Shown piece after piece: positions 36,201 through 47,300 of a stretch of DNA of 64,000 nucleotides. A program made the position numbers and the translations under genes. This DNA is from Enoplolaimus lenunculus. Taxonomy: Eukaryota. Within the stretch, counting starts at the first letter, position 1; each line of letters starts with the position of its first letter. A model generated the notes under the pieces. It did no database searches, was not told where the DNA came from, and saw only the letters and a program-made list of their open reading frames with translations. The DNA lies in NCBI GenBank assembly GCA_030248215.1, contig JASANG010003005.1, positions 124,001 through 188,000 of the forward strand. Direction: 5' to 3'.

Positions 36201-37683
36201 ATAATGGTTAAACTGTGTAGTTATTATTATTTATGTTATAGGTGTAAAGTTTTATATTACAGATTCTTGCTCTGTGCCGATTTCGAGTCTTATATCCAGT
36301 GCCAAGATCGTGTCAGTGCAACGTTCAAAGTAATGTGACTTTCGTAAATGAATACAGAAATATTACCAGCCGCAGTGAAACTACATGATTTGAGAGAAGC
36401 TCGGAAAATTTTGGCCCAATTACTTTTTTCTAGCCGTCGAGTTGAATATTACAAGCTTATAAACGCTAATGGAGTAGCTAACTAATTTTCAAGCTTTGAA
36501 ATTTTTAATCACAATAATATAATATACATTCTGCATGCTCAGATCCACTATGACCGCAACGCTCAATTGTATAGTAAACCCGTTGGTATAAGATAATAGC
36601 CTTGATATCATACCTCACGCACCTAACTTACTAATTATCGAGTAGCTATTGAACCTAAACGCTATGTTTAAAGTTCTTATGCTCGAAAGCCCCAAAGCCA
36701 ATAGCGCACAAACGCTTATTAAAATAATGTATTAGCAACTGAACTGCCACAGTGAGTACAGGCAATCTGCAAATTAGATAATAGCTAGTAATTCATGTTA
36801 GGGATGTGCTGATACCAAAATTTTTGTCGATACCGAGGCCGAATCTTATTTTGAAATTTTGCCGAACCGATTCCAACTTTAGTACACCATGGTTAATAAA
36901 CAGATAGGATACTACATTACATAATTATATGAAGACTTAACCCTAACCATCATAAACAATTATAATTATAGAGTAACGGTTCTTATCAACTAATTTTTTC
37001 AAACACAAACGCAAGAAAGATATCAGTTTTCCTAACCAGACGCACTGATTTGCGTCCAGAAATGAAATTAATAGCATTCAAACTGACTGTTATGTGCAAA
37101 AAGTATCGGCAAAGAATCGTCAATTTTTATGCAGTGCCGATACTCACGAAAACTGCCGATTATTACCGATGCCGATTAACCGGCACATCCGTAATTCATG
37201 TATCTGTTTTGGATGTTTGGAGCGGAGACGTTTCAGATATATCTATAATTTGTTTCAGAATATCAACGCAATGCTAGCCGCATAACTTTTAAACGTTAAT
37301 ATATTTCGAGTCCGACCTCAATTCTGAGATTTGTTATCTGAAACAAATAATATAGATTTATATGACTAGTTATTGAACATTTTTATTGCATGACAATGAA
37401 AAACGTATTGTCGAAAATTGTTGGATTCGGCTTTTTCACAGCCGAATCCGAACCTCAAGTTTTTTTGCCCAATCCGAATCCGAACCTTTGTTACCACCCT
37501 GGTTTGTCATTATTCTAGAATTCAAATTTGTGGAACAAAATGGCATTGCTGAACATTGCGTCGTCTGGAAAGTTTAGCACCGATCGAACAATTGAAGAAT
37601 ATGCGCGTGAAATATGGGGCGTCCAACCGACTCGTCAGAAATTGGCGACTCCACACGCTGGGCCGCCAGAAGAAAAACATTAG
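21251..37683 (+). CDS. pygl-1: Glycogen phosphorylase, complete, 21 coding exons, 847 aa
   Basis: Exons: 21251-21310, 22276-22455, 24211-24312, 26483-26665, 27374-27508, 28229-28340, 28737-28819, 29170-29313, 29557-29649, 30408-30554, 31092-31255, 31587-31701, 31914-32015, 32795-32875, 33149-33274, 33662-33760, 34415-34537, 34717-34844, 35582-35716, 36263-36329, 37519-37683. Total 2544 nt with consistent phases. Motifs: KRKQISVRG (Ser14 phosphosite), [68 protein letters not shown] (PLP lysine), [11 protein letters not shown]. Confidence 0.97.
27559..27940. mobile_element. hAT-like MITE (TTCCGA-rich family) in a phosphorylase intron; inverted copies at 50404-50791 and ~63588-63972
   Basis: CAGGGTGCA...TGCACACTG; TSD accacttg/accacatg. 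Confidence 0.8.
28397..28473. repeat. 3 x 24-bp tandem repeat in a phosphorylase intron
   Basis: TGGTTACTAGCAATTAAGATACTG repeated three times. Confidence 0.9.
29703..30041. mobile_element. hAT-like MITE (CAGGGTGGCA/CCGAAT family), diverged; partial copy at ~37230-37501
   Basis: CATGGTGGCACCGA...TGTTACCACCATA; TSD atttttag/atttttcg. Confidence 0.72.
32144..32417. mobile_element. Palindromic MITE (PIF/Harbinger-like ends) in a phosphorylase intron
   Basis: ctta-AGCCATATTCAGACGTGCAAGTTTTT.TTGTGAGAACTTGCAGCT ... AGCTGCAAGTTCTCACAGAAAAAACTTACACGTCTGATTAGGGCT-taag; ~50-bp inverted repeat. Confidence 0.72.
35195..35539. mobile_element. hAT-like MITE (CAGGGTGCAACCGGAA family) ending 42 bp before phosphorylase exon 19
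   Basis: Perfect TIR CAGGGTGCAACCGGAA / TTCCGGTTGCACCCTG; perfect TSD gtatatat; near-identical inverted copy at 58462-58840. Confidence 0.9.
36799..37193. mobile_element. hAT-like MITE (TAGGGATGTGCCGAT family)
   Basis: TAGGGATGTGCTGAT...CGGCACATCCGTA; perfect TSD attcatgt; relatives at ~54835-55205, 58113-58911, 62272-63118. Confidence 0.85.
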
Positions 37684-39975
37684 ACCTACAGCTGCGGTCA
37701 GAATTAGTGCTTGCCGCTGAGGTTAAGTTAAATATTTTTGCGGACGAAATTGCCCGTTTGCATTGCACATAAAACAAAAAGTCTGAATTTCGGCACAAAA
37801 TTGATGTTTGGCCAAAATGGCAGCTGAAACATTTTTCGGAACTTCGACCGACACCGGACTACCGTTGAAACATTGTTATTTAGTTACAATCCTGTGTTAA
37901 ACATTTTCGTGGTCAGAGCGTAAGTTCATGTGCATTTTACTGTGATTTTTCAATAATCTGTATGCATTTTCAAGCAAAGGTGTGAAAATACATCGTAAAC
38001 TGTATAAAAAAATGACCTTTGATGCTACTTTTGTAAATATCATAAATAGTTCAACTTGCATAGCTTGCGCCTGCAATTGCGTACATCTGCGGGTGTACAA
38101 CATGATTCTGACCTTAATTAATGTAGGCGAGTGAAATGAACGCGATATAATTTTTTTCCAATATTACCATGATCGTTGCTATATCTCTAGTGTTGATTTT
38201 TTTAATATTATTCTTTTTGGTGGTACAGAACGCTGTATATTGTAGCTAGAGCATCATTCCACTTTGTTCGCTTTCTATTTTGGTTAATTTATGCAATTGA
38301 ACGATAAAGATATAGTCCTTATTAAAAATTCATGGTTTATGGGACAGTATAAAAGTACTGAGGATGACTATTAGTCGTCGTATTTGGTAGTAAAAACGTT
38401 TGAAAAGAAAGGCACACGTGGTACATGGCTTAGGCCCTACTTACTAAAGGTAAGCCTAAATTTAATCCTAGGCCAAAGCTTATCAGGCTTTAAGTCCCAC
38501 ATTCCTCCGGTATCAAAGGGGACGGGCGGTTATAATTAAAATTGTCATTGTATTTTTGAGAACTGTGTATCAAGATTTATTTCAATTTTTATGCCATTGT
38601 TAGCAAAGTAATATTTGCCAATATTTTGAGATAATATATAACGTATCAAATATTTATTATTTCTCAAATTTAATAGTTTTTTAGTTTAAATTTTGTATCC
38701 CTGTTTATATTCCACAATACTGTTGCCTGCATGGCATTCCGTTTATTTACATATACAGGGTGTGTATGCATAAATTTGTGCAATATTTATTGCGATTGAA
38801 CTGTCACCGGAACAAGTGAACGCCAACAATTTTCGCCGGATGTTTGATCATTTGCAAGCCAGAATAGTTACGGCCTTTAGGAGTATATGCCCGTCAATGA
38901 TTTGTTGCGTACTGATTTGAAGTTACCACGATGTTCGGAATCAAGAATGTCTGGTCACTTCTTGCAATGCATATTGTAAAAACAGTCCTTCAGGTCTCTT
39001 TTTGACTTAAAGCTTTAAGTGTAGTATTTTGGTAGGAAAGAAATGAAATTTCTGGCAGCTTTGAGTTTAAATTTAATGTTACGTTAAATTCTTAATAGCG
39101 TTGAAGATAAGACATTCGAAATTTCAAACCATTGCGTTCAAGCGATGGCTTCAAATAAGAGAAAACACATCAGTAAAAAATTGGTTGGTGTGTTTTGATA
39201 TTTTATTATTTCTATAGCTATTGTTGTTGCTTGTAATGTGCTATTTAAAATTCTTGGAAATCAAAAGTTAAAGATAAGAGTTACTTTTAGCGGACAAACT
39301 AAACAAACGATAATCATATCAACTTCAAACATAACATTTCGTTTTGTGATGTCTGATGCTCATCGGATAATTATCTGGTCTGTGTTCCTGAAGTACAGAG
39401 ATTTTCTGGTCTATCGATGTATAGTAGTTACCGGCTAGAGTACGACCGTAGCCGGAACTGGAGCCGGAGGTGAATCCTTAGTGACGCGTAATCAGATAGT
39501 TTAAAGAATGTTAAATTAGTTTATTTTAGCAAATATCTATAAAAGGGTAGTCAAAAAATTTGGTGTTAGGTGTATTTAGAAAAAATCCAGAGGCATTTGT
39601 TCTGTAAATTGAACGAAAACTTATATACAAACACACATTAACAATACAATTTTTGGTGTAAAAAATTGTCTTGGAGCCGGAAGTCGCTTTTTCTGCCGGA
39701 GCCGGACGCAGACCTACGGTTATATATATATATATACCCTGTTATACCAGCTATATATGCTTTTGGACGATACATTGTTGTAAGCTAAGAATATTTTCGA
39801 TATGAGCGAACTTAAGCATCAGAGACTCTCAGAGTCTATTGCGTATCATTCCGTAATTGTATTTTAGTCACTGTGATTTTTTGCCAATTGTTTCCGGGTG
39901 ATTATTATATGTAGTTCTTATTTGTGTTCCAATGCCATCTTGGGAATTTTTGCTCAGCTGTGTTTATTATATATA

Positions 39976-40152
39976 CAGTGCAAAAAATGGTGAGTCAAAT
40001 TGACTATCCGAAATAGGCTTTTCGGAACTACACAAACTGAGGCAAATTCGACTCATACAAATCACTAAGTGAGTCGAATTTGACTCAGTTTGTGTAGTGC
40101 GAAAAAGCCTATTTCGGAGAGAGTCAGTTTTGACTCATCAATTTTTGTAGTG
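39976..40152. mobile_element. Palindromic TA-flanked MITE (same family)
   Basis: TA-CAGTGCAAAAAATGGTGAGTC...GACTCATCAATTTTTGTAGTG-TA. Confidence 0.82.
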
Positions 40153-40856
40153 TACGACAACGGCAATTGATGACATTGTCATTTTTAGTCAATATTTACG
40201 TTGCTAAATATCGTCTGTGAAAGCTGTCGCAAACGTTCCCCGCAACTGGATCAAAATAAATAGGATCTGTAGTGACGTTTTCTAGATTTTTCTGTGATTC
40301 ATATGTTATTTGTATTTTTGGTACTAAAAGTTCAGACTGCTTTTGGGCGTTTTTTGGGTCGATAGGCTTTAATGTTCTCGCATAGCCTATAATATATATT
40401 CTGAGCATAAGGTTGCAACCGGAGGAAGAAATAATGAAGAGGAAGGAACTCGTTGCACTCAAGACCTTCGGCGAAAGTCCTTCCGGAGCCACAGACAGCA
40501 TGGGTGCAACCGGAGGTGAAACATACTCCGGAGCCGCAGGTCAACGAAACTTGCCATAGCCGGAGGTGAGACGAACTTACTAGGCAGTGAAAATGATCGT
40601 TAGTTAGTTGATTTTAGCCAATATCTGCAATATGTTATTAATAAGTTTTGGTTTTACGCTAATTTTCTTCGAAATTTGGAAAATTCTTTCCCGAAAATTG
40701 AGACATGGTCAGAAGTCTATAAAACTAAAGTGTAGTCACCCCTGCTCCCGGTGGGCAACCGGAGGTGAAAGATAATGGACCTGGAGCCGGAGGTAAAACT
40801 TGCCGGAGGTCAACGAAACCTGCCGGAGGTGAGGTGAAATTAGGTATAGTAAAAAT

Positions 40857-41041
40857 GGCCCATGTATAGAACATGGCCGGATCGTTTTTCGGAGAGGCTA
40901 TAATAGAGTCGGGTTAAGCTTTAGACTATTTTTTGCTTAGGCTTTTAGGCGTAGAAATAGGCTAATCCATACGCTTAGGCTAATAGGCTTAGGAATATGC
41001 TTATACTACTGTTCCGACCCTGTTCTATATATACATGGGCC
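40857..41041 (-). mobile_element. Telomeric-repeat MITE, subfamily b, nested in a CCGGAG-rich hAT-like MITE
   Basis: GGCCCATGTATAGAACATGGCCGGA...CCCTGTTCTATATATACATGGGCC. There is no TSD, and ~65 bp of the host element (compare 40590-40665) is missing at the site. Confidence 0.8.
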
Positions 41042-42295
41042 AATTTTCTGCGAAATTTCGGGAATTCTTTGATGGAAATTGCGACAGAAGTAAAACGAAG
41101 CGCTAAACAGATAAATTTTGCAAAATTATGCTAAATTTTACTACCAAAAATATTTGCACGCATCAATTGTGTTGTTAGCAGAAAAATAAAACATTTTATG
41201 AAACTTATACTTCGATGTTCCTTAATTGTATCAAAAGCTAAAAGAAACCGCTCAAAAATAAATATTGTAAAATTTAGCATATTTCATTACCGAAATTGGT
41301 GGAATCTCCGACAGAAAATCTACCGGAGCTGAAGCCGGAGGTCGATTTTGAGCCGGAGGCGAACCTCCGGTTGTTCTCTGTTACTTTCTTTCAGGAAAGT
41401 TTTTATATATCAGTATATTGCAAACATTTCTCTTCTTAAATCTTGCTGGAAGCTGTTGTAAGCTCTGTCCTGCGGCGAAGCTTGTGTATGACAAGTAGTT
41501 TAGCGTAAAAATACCTCTTCTTTTGAGTTTGAGAAAAAATATAGGTATACTTAAAGATGACGCTATATTTTTGATAACGTCCGGCGCCGTCCATAACCGT
41601 ACGGCACTATAGGTGAATTTCTACGTGGCATCTCATAATAATTCTCTTTTCTTAAATTTAATTCTATTACTGCTAGTCGTATTTCTTTGTAAAACACTGG
41701 ACATTCCATACGTTTTAAGGTTCGCAACGTGGCTAATTCAACTGTTATAAAAATGTTGAAAGCTTCTTCGCCAACTTAATGTTTCCTTAGGGGTTTAGGT
41801 GGGGCGGTAGCCTAGCAAATTTATTTATATACAAGAAACAAGCGTGTAGCCAGATGGGATTTAGGTATTAACTTGACCCGTTTGGTCTCAGAAATTTAGT
41901 TAAATATGCTGTAACCTGCTCTGCAAAAAATGTACATTACCTAAGTTTGCCTCACCTCCGGCTCCGCTATTTTTCACGTCTAGTTGTATCCTGAGATCTA
42001 AGTTTGCATTACACACTCTAGCAGAATTAGTTATCAGCGGCTTGGTTATGACATGCGCTTAAACACATGGCAGTCATGAAATGGTTTGGTGTTCCAACGA
42101 TTGTAATGGTATTTTTTGCCAGGGAAATTGCTCACACTTTAAGACTCCACAATGTTTACTGAAATGAAACACCAATAAACGAGCTAACAACAATAAGAAA
42201 CGGACTTCTTCGAGGCAGGATTTTAAAGGGCGATGATTGGTCAGATTTTAAGCTAAAATGATCAAACATATTAACGGGATTTCTATCACATAAAC

Positions 42296-42683
42296 GGCCA
42301 ATGTAAAGAACAGAGACGGAACAGAGCCTAAAAGCCTACGTGTAATAATGAGTTTATTCCTAAGCCTAAGCTTAAGCCAAGCAAAAAAATTAGCTTAAAG
42401 CTTTTATATAAGCCAAGCAAAAAAAAATAGTTTAAAGCTTAAGCTTATACAATTCTAGTCCCACAGAAATACGTTCTGCCCCTGATCTTTACATTGGCCA
42501 CAGGCCAATGTTACTTTAAGGGGCGTAACAGTATATTAAGCGTATTCCTAAGCCTAAGCCTATTAATCGTTGCAGAAATGTGTTCCTAAGCCTAAACCTA
42601 AGCAAAAAATATAATCCAAAATCTAAACCTACTCTTTTATAGAACCACCAGAAACCTCTATGCCCCTTAAAGTAACATGGGCC
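42296..42683 (+). mobile_element. Two adjacent telomeric-repeat MITEs (subfamily a 42296-42499; subfamily c 42503-42683)
   Basis: Both have complete GGCC.ATGT...ACAT.GGCC termini and are separated by only 3 nt (aca). Confidence 0.85.
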
Positions 42684-43278
42684 GGGCATAAAGAGAATAC
42701 CTTAGGTATAAAAGAAAACCGCATGTTCGATATCAGAAATAAAACAACGAAAGCAAAATAGTACAATCCACTATTCACACGGTTAATTACAAAATTACAA
42801 AGAAACCGTACTGTTATAACTCAAAAAAACAACCGGATTAATTGTACTAAAATAAGTCCACTATGCATACAAATAACAGAATTATTGTGGTTACTAAGCC
42901 GTATTGTTTGATTTATGTTACAAAACTTTAATTCGCTTATGGACGTTACGTGTGGTCAAAGAAAACTAAACGCTAGGAAAGCTGCATGGTGGAAACGTTG
43001 TCGCTTTTCGACATTTACGCTTAGGTTTAGTAGAAGACATGCCTATAAGCATTTGCCTATACCCAATCATACGCTTTAACCTTAATGTGGGGGACAAGTG
43101 CACATGACTCAAAGCAAGGACGAAATGTGCTCAAACGACAAAATAGACAAGATCATCTGGGAACAATGAAGTCTGTTTCGCAAACTCGGTCGCATTACCA
43201 AATACGGATGAAATTACACCTACAATTGGTGATACGATTTCAAACGGATCACACGGAACAGAAAAAAGCAATTACCAT

Positions 43279-43568
43279 AATGAGTGCTCATTTGGTTACT
43301 GGCAAAATTTAAAATAGCCAGGAAGGGTTCGACCGGATATCCGGACCCGGTTTAATATCCGGTAAAAATCAATATCCGTATGAGTGCTCATTTGGTTGCT
43401 GGCAAAATTTAAAATTGCCAGGGAGGGTTCGACCGGATATCCGGACCCGGTTTAATATCCGGTAAAAATCAATATCCGTATGAGTGCTGCAAAATTTAAA
43501 ATTGCCAGGGAGGGTTCGACCGGATATCCGGACCCGGTTTAATATCCGGTAAAAATCAATATGCGTAT
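43279..43568. repeat. Tandem triplication of a ~101-bp unit (flank plus left end of an ATCCGG-type MITE)
   Basis: ATGAGTGCT...GCAAAATTTAAAAT.GCCAGG.AGGGTTCGACCGGATATCCGGACCCGG... occurs three times; the third copy has a short deletion. Confidence 0.88.
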
Positions 43569-44341
43569 GCGATATAAACCTACCGGATACGGGATATTTA
43601 CGGTGGTGGTCCTCAACTTCACAAAATTGTTTTTTTACATGTGAGTGTTTTTTACATCTTCCCATGATTGCATTTCTGTGCAAGTCAACAAGTTAAAGTA
43701 TTCATTGGCTGAAATGAAAATGAAAAGCTTATAACAATTAATTCTAATTCAGTAAACATATTATATTTTGCGCGAGTCGAATACGTTTAATAGTGTGTAC
43801 AAATTCATATGACATATCCGGTTCCTTCAGGTCGGAAATTCAATATTTGTATTGGGTTCCGGCATCCAGGTAAATTAATATCCGGTCGCACCATGATAAC
43901 TGCTTCAAAATTTGAAGAAAGGACATAAAGTCAAATCTACAGTTATTTCTAAAATAGAAAACTGCTATGAAAACAAAATGTTTCTTGAAATAATTGTGTA
44001 CAAAACATCATACGATTCTACAGAATAAACGTACATAACTTCGAACAATGACAACTTATGTCTTGACTTGACATGTTGCTCAAGACTACGCCTACGCAAA
44101 CCCCCTCGGATCACCTTTTTTGCAATTCAAAACTGGCTTAAAATTAGTATTTTACTATAAAACGCAGTTAACAGATGCGAAAACAGTGCCTCACATATTT
44201 GAGAATGCAGTGCTTAGGCTTAAGCATTTGACACACGCTTAGACAAACGTTTAGTCTAATGGCGTAGAAACCATCAATCAACTTTTATACCAAAGTCTAA
44301 GCATTTGTGTAATCGCAAATTTGGAGCGAAATATACTTGAT

Positions 44342-47300
44342 TCAAGCTTGCATTTCGAGAAGCGGAACCGATGATACAGACGCCGCAGAATCTCCTGATC
44401 CACCAGAATTTCTCGCGCCCGAACGTCGTGAGCGGTGTTGGGATGCCGCGGATATTACGTTGACAGTTGCTGCGCCACCTTTGACACACGTCGCAACACA
44501 TTGCTGGACAACCGTATTTTGTCCATGTCGATGTGCATTATACGGAGAATGCGATGCACTGCGTCCAGAACCAGCTACACTGCATGTATTACTACTGATA
44601 CCGCAACTAGTACTAGACATACCGAAAGTTGTACAACCACCAGAATGCCCTTGTGCCGAATCAGCATCGCTACAAACGATAGTAACTTTGACGGGACTAC
44701 CCGAAGGTGGTACTCCAACCATAGCGCTTGGATCACAGAAACATTGCAGTCTGGGACATGGCGCAAGCTGAGCGTCTACTCCACCGGTGCGGCACGCTTG
44801 TGCCACAAACGGTGCGGCTGATTTCCACTCGAAATCGCGGCTCATCACAGGGCCACCGAAATTCGGGTTCACATTCTCGCATTCGTCTTGCGGTACCAAC
44901 TCACAACACGGTGCTACACCGTTACCCACACATGCTGCTGTCATACGTTTATCACCGCTGGCTGCTGCAAGTGAGTAATTGCCAAAATCTCCGTTACTAA
45001 CACATCGGCGTGGACTTTGGCGTCGATTAACCGTTACTACGTTCGCGTGCGAACACTGGTCCATCATTTGGCGTACCTGCAACGAATCATGACAACCGGC
45101 CGTAGACTGACAACTGTCACCAGGAGACCATCCACGAGCAGATGTACTTCCGCCGCCGTTGCCACCATACTCCGGACTGCGTGACATATGTAGCAAACTA
45201 TTATCACCCGATGAGCCGCATGATGACGAAACTAGACTCGAATCAGGGCCGCACTTTGTTGCATTCGCCTCCAACAGCAACGAGTTGATATATGGTCTAG
45301 TATCAGCAGTTCGATTGAGTTCTAAATTTGCTGAATCAGCCGCGATTGACATCATTGAGAAGCTTGACGCCGAAGAAACGGTATGTTTATGTGGAACGCC
45401 CAGGTCGCAAACACTTGACCGAACCGTTGTACTGTCGATATTTTGCACTGCCCGCGACGCGTATCCAGAATAACTCTTTGCGGGTTCTGGTGCGCTTGTC
45501 TCCGACATTTTGCAGCTGCTGCTATCATTGATGCCTAGACACATAGACTGAGTTACACTTTGGTCTTTGATTTCAACTGAACAACGACGGCGATTACCTT
45601 CCATTTCCATTCTCTCACGGCACGGCGCCAATTCGTCTGTTCCTACACGCCGTTTTTTATGCATCACAGCTGTATATACATCACCGGGTATATATGCCGT
45701 CCCACCACCACAAGGTATGCTATCATGCAGCGCATCATTAAATACGCGTTCATTTTCAACAACATTATCGGATTCTTTTACATACATCAATTCACACGTT
45801 TGATGATTGCAGTCCAAATCGTTCTCACTCAACTCCATTGCGCTGCGCTCATTGCTTTGCTGGACAATCGTATCGAAATTTAATTCTGTACCCATATCCA
45901 ATGCCATATGTTCCGTTTGAATTTCAACGTTTTGCTGAACCGTATCACAATGACATGTCGTTTGGTTGCAATCATCTGAGGTATTGTCAGTAAAGCTGTT
46001 TGTAAAATGGCAATTCAATTTAGGTCCTAATCGTGCTTGCTGATGGCATTCGCTCACCACATTATTATCTACGCTACCATCATTCAACAAATCCACGTCT
46101 ACATCAACGCGTTGACTACAATGCTGACTCTTATCACTAACATTTTCACTCTGCTCACAAATACTTGCCATATCCATTTGATATTTTGATTCTCTCAGCA
46201 CATCTGCCGTCTGGCTTGTATCGAAGCCAGGCTGTTCTTCTATATTCCTATCGCTTGATTGCTCTTCACCGTTTGTTCCAATTTCATCAGCTGCTTCTTC
46301 CGTTGAACACGTGTTGCCAACAAATTCTGACTTCGTTTCATCTGTTTCTCCTGACTGGCTACCATTACCCCCGTCATTTGGCGAACCAGATATAACTTCA
46401 CTTTCAGTGGTCGCTGGAGTCACGTTCGTTATCGTCTCTTGGGTTCTTGCACGTTCACTGACAGCGCCACTATATTTTGATGCCGCCCGTCGCATTACTC
46501 GTATATGCTCCATTATTTCTGCAATCGACGCGGCTTCTTTCGCATCAGCAATGAGACCAAATTCAACGGTAAACGTTGCGAAATGTTCAAATACTGTCAC
46601 AAGTTGTGGACCCAATCCGAGGATCGCAAAATGCATCCAATGCGCAACGTAAAGATGACTGAGCACGTGCCAGAGCAAATGAAATATGCGTTTGACAAGT
46701 GTGTCCATATTTGGTGGAAAAGTGTTACCTGGAAATCATAAACAATATTACACCACATGACACAACGCTGTTATAGAACGTTATAGGTTTGTTACTACAG
46801 TTGCGCCCACAAGCTTAAACCTAAGCTTAAAGCCATGTTATGCTAAAATCTGAAAATTTCGAAAAACCATATTTCTGTCGAAGTGTGAAAGTACCAAAAT
46901 TATTTTTACTTCGCTATCAGCGTATTTACAATCGCGAAAGCGAAAAAAACCGTTTGTAGCCATTTCCTAACTAAACACAAATTCAACTACAACAGCTAAA
47001 AATGGTTGAACTGGTAAAGTGGTTCCAGAAAACTTCGTCCGCCCGAGAAGCCGATTTTGGGGCATCGTACTAATACCGACGTGATACTTTTAAGTTTAGC
47101 CACATTCTTCTTATACAAGAGTCGAATAATTGTACAGTATCTAAAACATTCATATTTATTGTCATAGAGTGATTGCGAGCATACCGCGTAGACCAGACTC
47201 GTATATACTAATAATACAGGAAATATTATTATTTTGACACCAACCATATTTTGTCGGGAACGATTCTTCGCAACGAACAATTGACTCAATGAAAGACATG

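Noticed and set aside
44274..46741. Multiple plus-strand and alternate-frame ORFs over the MOB2 last exon
   Set aside because: Shadow ORFs of a GC-richer coding exon with no recognisable motifs.
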